A program made the translations under genes and the position numbers. A DNA stretch of 64,000 nt from an uncultured Bacilli bacterium. GTDB taxonomy: Bacteria; Bacillota_I; Bacilli_A; RF39; UBA660. Positions within the stretch are counted from its first letter, which is position 1, and each line of letters begins with the position of its first letter. Positions 60,718-64,000 of the stretch are shown here, in pieces. The notes under the pieces were generated by a model that worked only from the letters and a program-made list of their open reading frames with translations, did not search any database and was not told the origin of the DNA. Where the stretch lies: assembly GCA_910578855.1 (NCBI GenBank), contig CAJTRV010000004.1, positions 5,551 to 69,550 of the forward strand, read 5' to 3'.

Positions 60718-61263
60718 TCATTCCAGACCACCCCTTATAGATTTCATTGGTTTGGTTATGCCTCCTTCTTTCCAAACATCTGTAAGTTTAAATCTATCTA
60801 CAACCCCCATTAGTCTTGCCTTAATCCATTCATCAGAGTACCCTTTATTACGATAATAATTTACTGCTCTATTTATTGCAATTTCAGGATCAAATACTTC
60901 ATCAATCCTCTCACTACCAAGACTCGCTAACCAAACTTTAAATGGTTCGGCCTTAGGGCTAGAAACTGATTCAATTAATCTTAATATTCCATTTGTATCT
61001 AAAGTATCAGTTATACGATTTTTACCATCCCGGGCCTCCATTTTCAACTGCACGATTTCTTCGTGCAGTTCACTTCCTTCATAAATTAATCTTCTTTTTA
61101 AACCGCTCCAATAATTTCTTGGGATTTTTGCTTCAGTTAATACACTTATTACATCAGCAACGCTAAAATAATACTCTTCTTTTTCACTATCCCAAATGCT
61201 TCTTATTTCTTTACCTTCAAATAAATTTGATATTGTTTCTAATTTGTTGTTCAAATATAACAC
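60718..61263 (-). CDS. DinD-like (DNA-damage-inducible protein D-like, Bro-N/KilA-N-related) N-terminal portion, the first gene of cassette C. Probably a disrupted gene.
   Basis: EEYYFSVADVISVLTEAKIPRNYWSGLKRRL parallels the DinD N-terminus (FWSARDLAPLLDYRDWRNFQKVL). The frame is broken at 60718 relative to the downstream continuation. Confidence 0.45.
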   Translation of the reverse strand: MLYLNNKLETISNLFEGKEIRSIWDSEKEEYYFSVADVISVLTEAKIPRNYWSGLKRRLIYEGSELHEEIVQLKMEARDGKNRITDTLDTNGILRLIESVSSPKAEPFKVWLASLGSERIDEVFDPEIAINRAVNYYRNKGYSDEWIKARLMGVVDRFKLTDVWKEGGITKPMKSIRGGLE

Positions 61264-61400
61264 CTCTTTTCTATGGTCTTAAATGCCGTAATCATCTTTC
61301 TAATTCTTAAATAAAAATATGGAAAATTTAAAATCGTACAACCTCCTTATTTATAGGGATTTACTTAAGAGTGCAATAAATCGTAATCAAACAGTTAATT
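61264..61400. repeat. Direct repeat R4, an older degenerate copy of the cassette boundary. It has two TGATTACGA-type motifs (61286-61294 variant CCGTAATCA, and 61381-61389). Only codons about 7-14 of the rbgA-like segment remain.
   Basis: cttaaatgccgtaatcatctttctaattcttaaata...ttatttatagggatttacttaagagtgcaataaatcgtaatcaaacagtt aligns with R2 and R3. Confidence 0.55.
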
Positions 61401-61503
61401 CTGACTGATGAAAAACTTTTTTGATTACTTTCGCTATTCTTTTTTCTTGTCTCATTTTTCCCTTTTGATATATATCCATATTTTTCACTTTCTTTTCAAT
61501 AGT

Positions 61504-62064
61504 TTAAAGTTTTTTACCCATTACAATGGGTCTATCATCATAAATATGAATTCTGTTATTTATATCACTAATTAATGCAACAAGTTTTCTAGGATTTTCT
61601 ACTCCTTCAAAACTCATTCCATTTTTTATTTGTTCAATTAAATTATTAGCATAAAAATTAAAAGATATATCTCCATAATTATTTTTTTCTCTTGCAATTC
61701 CAATATGTTCTATATCAGATATATTTTCTATCCTAAATCCATTTTTAGAATTATATAGAGCTATCCTTTTATTGGTAATAAAATATTCATTATTTTTCTT
61801 TTTATATTTTAAGAATATATTATAAACTAATCCATAAATTAAACAAATTGTTAATATGCCCAAAGTAAGAAAAATTATCAAAATTTCAAAATTTAGTATT
61901 TCCCCACTTTTTATACCTATTATAATTAATATCCAAAATAATAACAATACGGCAAAACCTAATAAAAATCTACCATATTGTTTACTAGTCTTACTAACGT
62001 TTGAAACACCATAGAATAATATTTTTTCATTCTCTTCCAATTTATTTATAAACTCATTTTTCAT
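61504..62064 (-). CDS. Membrane protein with a bacterial PH (bPH_2/YdbT-like) domain.
   Basis: Two TM helices, then FITNKRIALYN...ISDIEHIGI, typical of a bPH domain. AT-rich. Confidence 0.45.
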   Translation of the reverse strand: MKNEFINKLEENEKILFYGVSNVSKTSKQYGRFLLGFAVLLLFWILIIIGIKSGEILNFEILIIFLTLGILTICLIYGLVYNIFLKYKKKNNEYFITNKRIALYNSKNGFRIENISDIEHIGIAREKNNYGDISFNFYANNLIEQIKNGMSFEGVENPRKLVALISDINNRIHIYDDRPIVMGKKL

Positions 62065-62201
62065 TTATCTCTCTCCTTACAATTTATTAAATATAATACC
62101 ATTTAATAAAAGAGAATTCCTTTATTAAAATCATTCTAGTTTTATCCACTATAGATTCCTCATAAGATAACCATTTATTCATTTCGAAAATGCATTTATT
62201 T

Positions 62202-62840
62202 TTATTTAAAGATTACATATGGAATGCCCATTTTATGATAAACATCATAAGCTCGTGGCCACGAGAACATTCGGGCAATTAATAAATTATAAAGTTCATC
62301 AAACATGATGATAGAACACAATGTAATTGAAAGCATTAAAAATAATTTTTTATTCATCCGTTTCGCAAGAAAAAAACACATAGGAATTATGACATACATC
62401 AACAATAAACTAGATAACCCAAAGAACATAACACTTCTTAAACAAACAAAACCATGAATGTTTCCAAAGTTTAAAATTTCCGAATTATAATCCCAACAAC
62501 GCATTCCATTTCCAATGATATACATGCCCAAACCTGATATATATTCGAGAATCCCAGTTGCAAAAAAACTAATTAAAAATACCCAGAATGGTTTTTTTCG
62601 ATGCTTGTAAGTTAATAGATAAATCATAATTGAACCTGTCGCATATATATTAATCCATGGTAAGAAATTACCACCTCGCCAATAAAATTGTTTCATACCA
62701 CCATTAAAATAATAAAATATAAATTCATAGATCCAACCAAAAATTCCGGTGATAACGATTAACAGACAACAAATTCCTAGCATCGTCCATTTATCAAACG
62801 AATGATTATTTTCTATATAATGTTTATACCATTTCTTCAT
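62202..62840 (-). CDS. Hypothetical polytopic membrane protein.
   Basis: 212 aa, about 6 TM helices, AT-rich codon usage. Confidence 0.4.
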   Translation of the reverse strand: MKKWYKHYIENNHSFDKWTMLGICCLLIVITGIFGWIYEFIFYYFNGGMKQFYWRGGNFLPWINIYATGSIMIYLLTYKHRKKPFWVFLISFFATGILEYISGLGMYIIGNGMRCWDYNSEILNFGNIHGFVCLRSVMFFGLSSLLLMYVIIPMCFFLAKRMNKKLFLMLSITLCSIIMFDELYNLLIARMFSWPRAYDVYHKMGIPYVIFK

Positions 62841-62896
62841 ACTACTAAACTCCTACCTCATTATATCGTAAACAAAATATTAACTTAACAATTGTC

Positions 62897-64000
62897 CTAC
62901 TTTCGTTCTTCCATTTTCAATATTTTTTGTTTTCCTTTTTCATAACTGCTATCTAACACTTGCTGCTGCTTTAATAACTGTTCTTGTTGAGCCATAACCG
63001 TTTCTTCTAACGATTGTAATTCCTCTAAAAATTGTTCCACTTCAGGACTTCGATCATAAGCGAACTGTCCCATAAACTCCATCTTTAACGATTGAAGTTG
63101 ATCAAGTGAATCAGCGCAAAAATCAATCGACATCATCAAAGCATCTTTCTCTGTTTTTAATTGTTTCATTATCTTTTTTAAATCAAAATAAGCAATATCC
63201 TCGTTTCGGTCTTTGACCATATTGCGCATACCGCGAATTCCATGGTTCGTAAGCAATATCCCAGTTAGTAAGCCAAAGGCATTCTTGCGACTCTTTAATA
63301 ACGTAAAAACCCCCAGACTAGCAAACATTGTATGTTTAATTAACGATCCTAATCGAAAGAGACGACCACGTTTTCTCTTATGTTGTGGCAGTTTCCAAAG
63401 ACTCGCCTGTAATGACTCAATCATAATCCGTTGTTTGGTAATTTCTTGACTCATTTTTTTCTTTTCCAGAGTAATATCGACCATTTTCTCTTTTTGTTTA
63501 TTCAATACTTGTTTCTCTTTTTCTTTTTTTACCACTTGCTGCTTCTGCTTCACTTGCAATTGGTGAGTTCGCTCTTGACACTTCTTCAATCTTGATGCAA
63601 AGATAAGATCGGATGTTAAAAAATGTTCCTTATCTATCTTTTTTAATGTCTTATCAGAGGCAAACTTTGAAAAACGATATTGCTTTCGCATCGATAATTC
63701 TGACATATGACAAGAAAATATTTTATCATAAAGATTCGATAATTGAAGCAGAACCATTCCTATTTCCTTGTCATCAATTGATCCAGTATATTTTGCAAGT
63801 TCCCGGTCAAATTCTTTTAGTTTTTCATGACTTTCTTCTAAATATTGAGCAAGTACCACGATCGCTGGATCTTTACCCTCACCGACTTTTTTTCGTTGTG
63901 GAGAAACCAAGACCATTTCCGTGGCTTCTGCTAGCGCTATTTCTTTTTGTTCTAATTGTTCACTTACCGCATCGATCGTATCAAGTGTTTCCTCAAGTTG
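62897..64000 (-). CDS. Hypothetical coiled-coil / membrane protein. The 5' end lies beyond the window, where the frame stays open.
   Basis: The reading frame continues in-frame upstream of MVLVS to position 64000 (..QLEETLDTIDAVSEQLEQKEIALAEATEMVLVS..). GC returns to the core level. Confidence 0.4.
   Translation of the reverse strand, partial: QLEETLDTIDAVSEQLEQKEIALAEATEMVLVSPQRKKVGEGKDPAIVVLAQYLEESHEKLKEFDRELAKYTGSIDDKEIGMVLLQLSNLYDKIFSCHMSELSMRKQYRFSKFASDKTLKKIDKEHFLTSDLIFASRLKKCQERTHQLQVKQKQQVVKKEKEKQVLNKQKEKMVDITLEKKKMSQEITKQRIMIESLQASLWKLPQHKRKRGRLFRLGSLIKHTMFASLGVFTLLKSRKNAFGLLTGILLTNHGIRGMRNMVKDRNEDIAYFDLKKIMKQLKTEKDALMMSIDFCADSLDQLQSLKMEFMGQFAYDRSPEVEQFLEELQSLEETVMAQQEQLLKQQQVLDSSYEKGKQKILKMEERK

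Larger units (their letters stand above)
55109..62890. mobile_element. AT-rich composite island inserted in the 5' end of rbgA. It consists of three tandem cassettes (A 55109-56953, B 57195-58899, C 59148-61263) separated by ~250-bp direct repeats, plus two membrane-protein genes. No recombinase is visible.
   Basis: Sharp drop in GC. Repeats at 56954-57215, 58900-59147 and 61264-61400. The first two carry copies of the rbgA RBS plus the first 14 codons (MNNENRQNQANINW versus MNDNKGQNTTINW); the third keeps only a short remnant. The cassettes contain KilA-N/RhuM/DinD-like genes. Confidence 0.55.

Noticed and set aside
55109-62890. Considered whether the repeated 250-bp units could be a CRISPR array or an integron attC array.
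   Set aside because: The units are about 250 bp and separate multi-gene segments. They lack short regularly spaced repeats and spacers, an attC-type imperfect inverted-repeat structure, and an adjacent cas or intI gene. A site-specific tandem island is the better explanation.

Overview
This is a low-GC Firmicutes chromosomal window from a likely spore-former (it encodes SspI, YjcZ-like peptides and SpoVD/SpoVE-type dcw genes). It is mostly core genome. From the start of the window: a dnaE fragment, an unknown kinase-like gene, and a hybrid histidine kinase / Hpt-REC phosphorelay with an adenylate-forming enzyme. Next comes a minus-strand dcw cluster in the order mraZ-rsmH-ftsL-PBP-deacetylase-PBP-mraY-ftsW, then prsA, truB, cysS, cysK, and tRNA-Ile2/Met(CAT) plus tRNA-Leu(TAG). 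Immediately after the tRNAs (24.4-29.5 kb) lies an AT-rich islet carrying an IS256-family transposase remnant, an FAD oxidoreductase, a WYL regulator with a co-operonic unknown gene, and an FkbM methyltransferase. It is followed by cell-wall genes (SpoIID-like, PG-binding/LysM protein, GH25 lysozyme). Core genes then resume: ppdK, xerD, ytxH/DUF948, trmB, DUF2207/LemA, sspI, PFOR, and sigH-rlmB-mrnC-rbgA. The most unusual region is 55.1-62.9 kb, directly upstream of rbgA. Three tandem AT-rich gene cassettes are separated by ~250-bp direct repeats. Each of the first two repeats ends in a degenerate copy of the rbgA ribosome-binding site plus its first 14 codons; the third lacks the RBS/ATG and retains only a short degenerate remnant. 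Each cassette opens with a KilA-N/RhuM/DinD-like gene followed by a small protein (conserved between the two complete cassettes A and B; cassette C is decayed). This looks like an SCC-like composite island built by repeated site-specific insertion into the 5' end of rbgA. No recombinase is visible in the window. No CRISPR array or rRNA was found.
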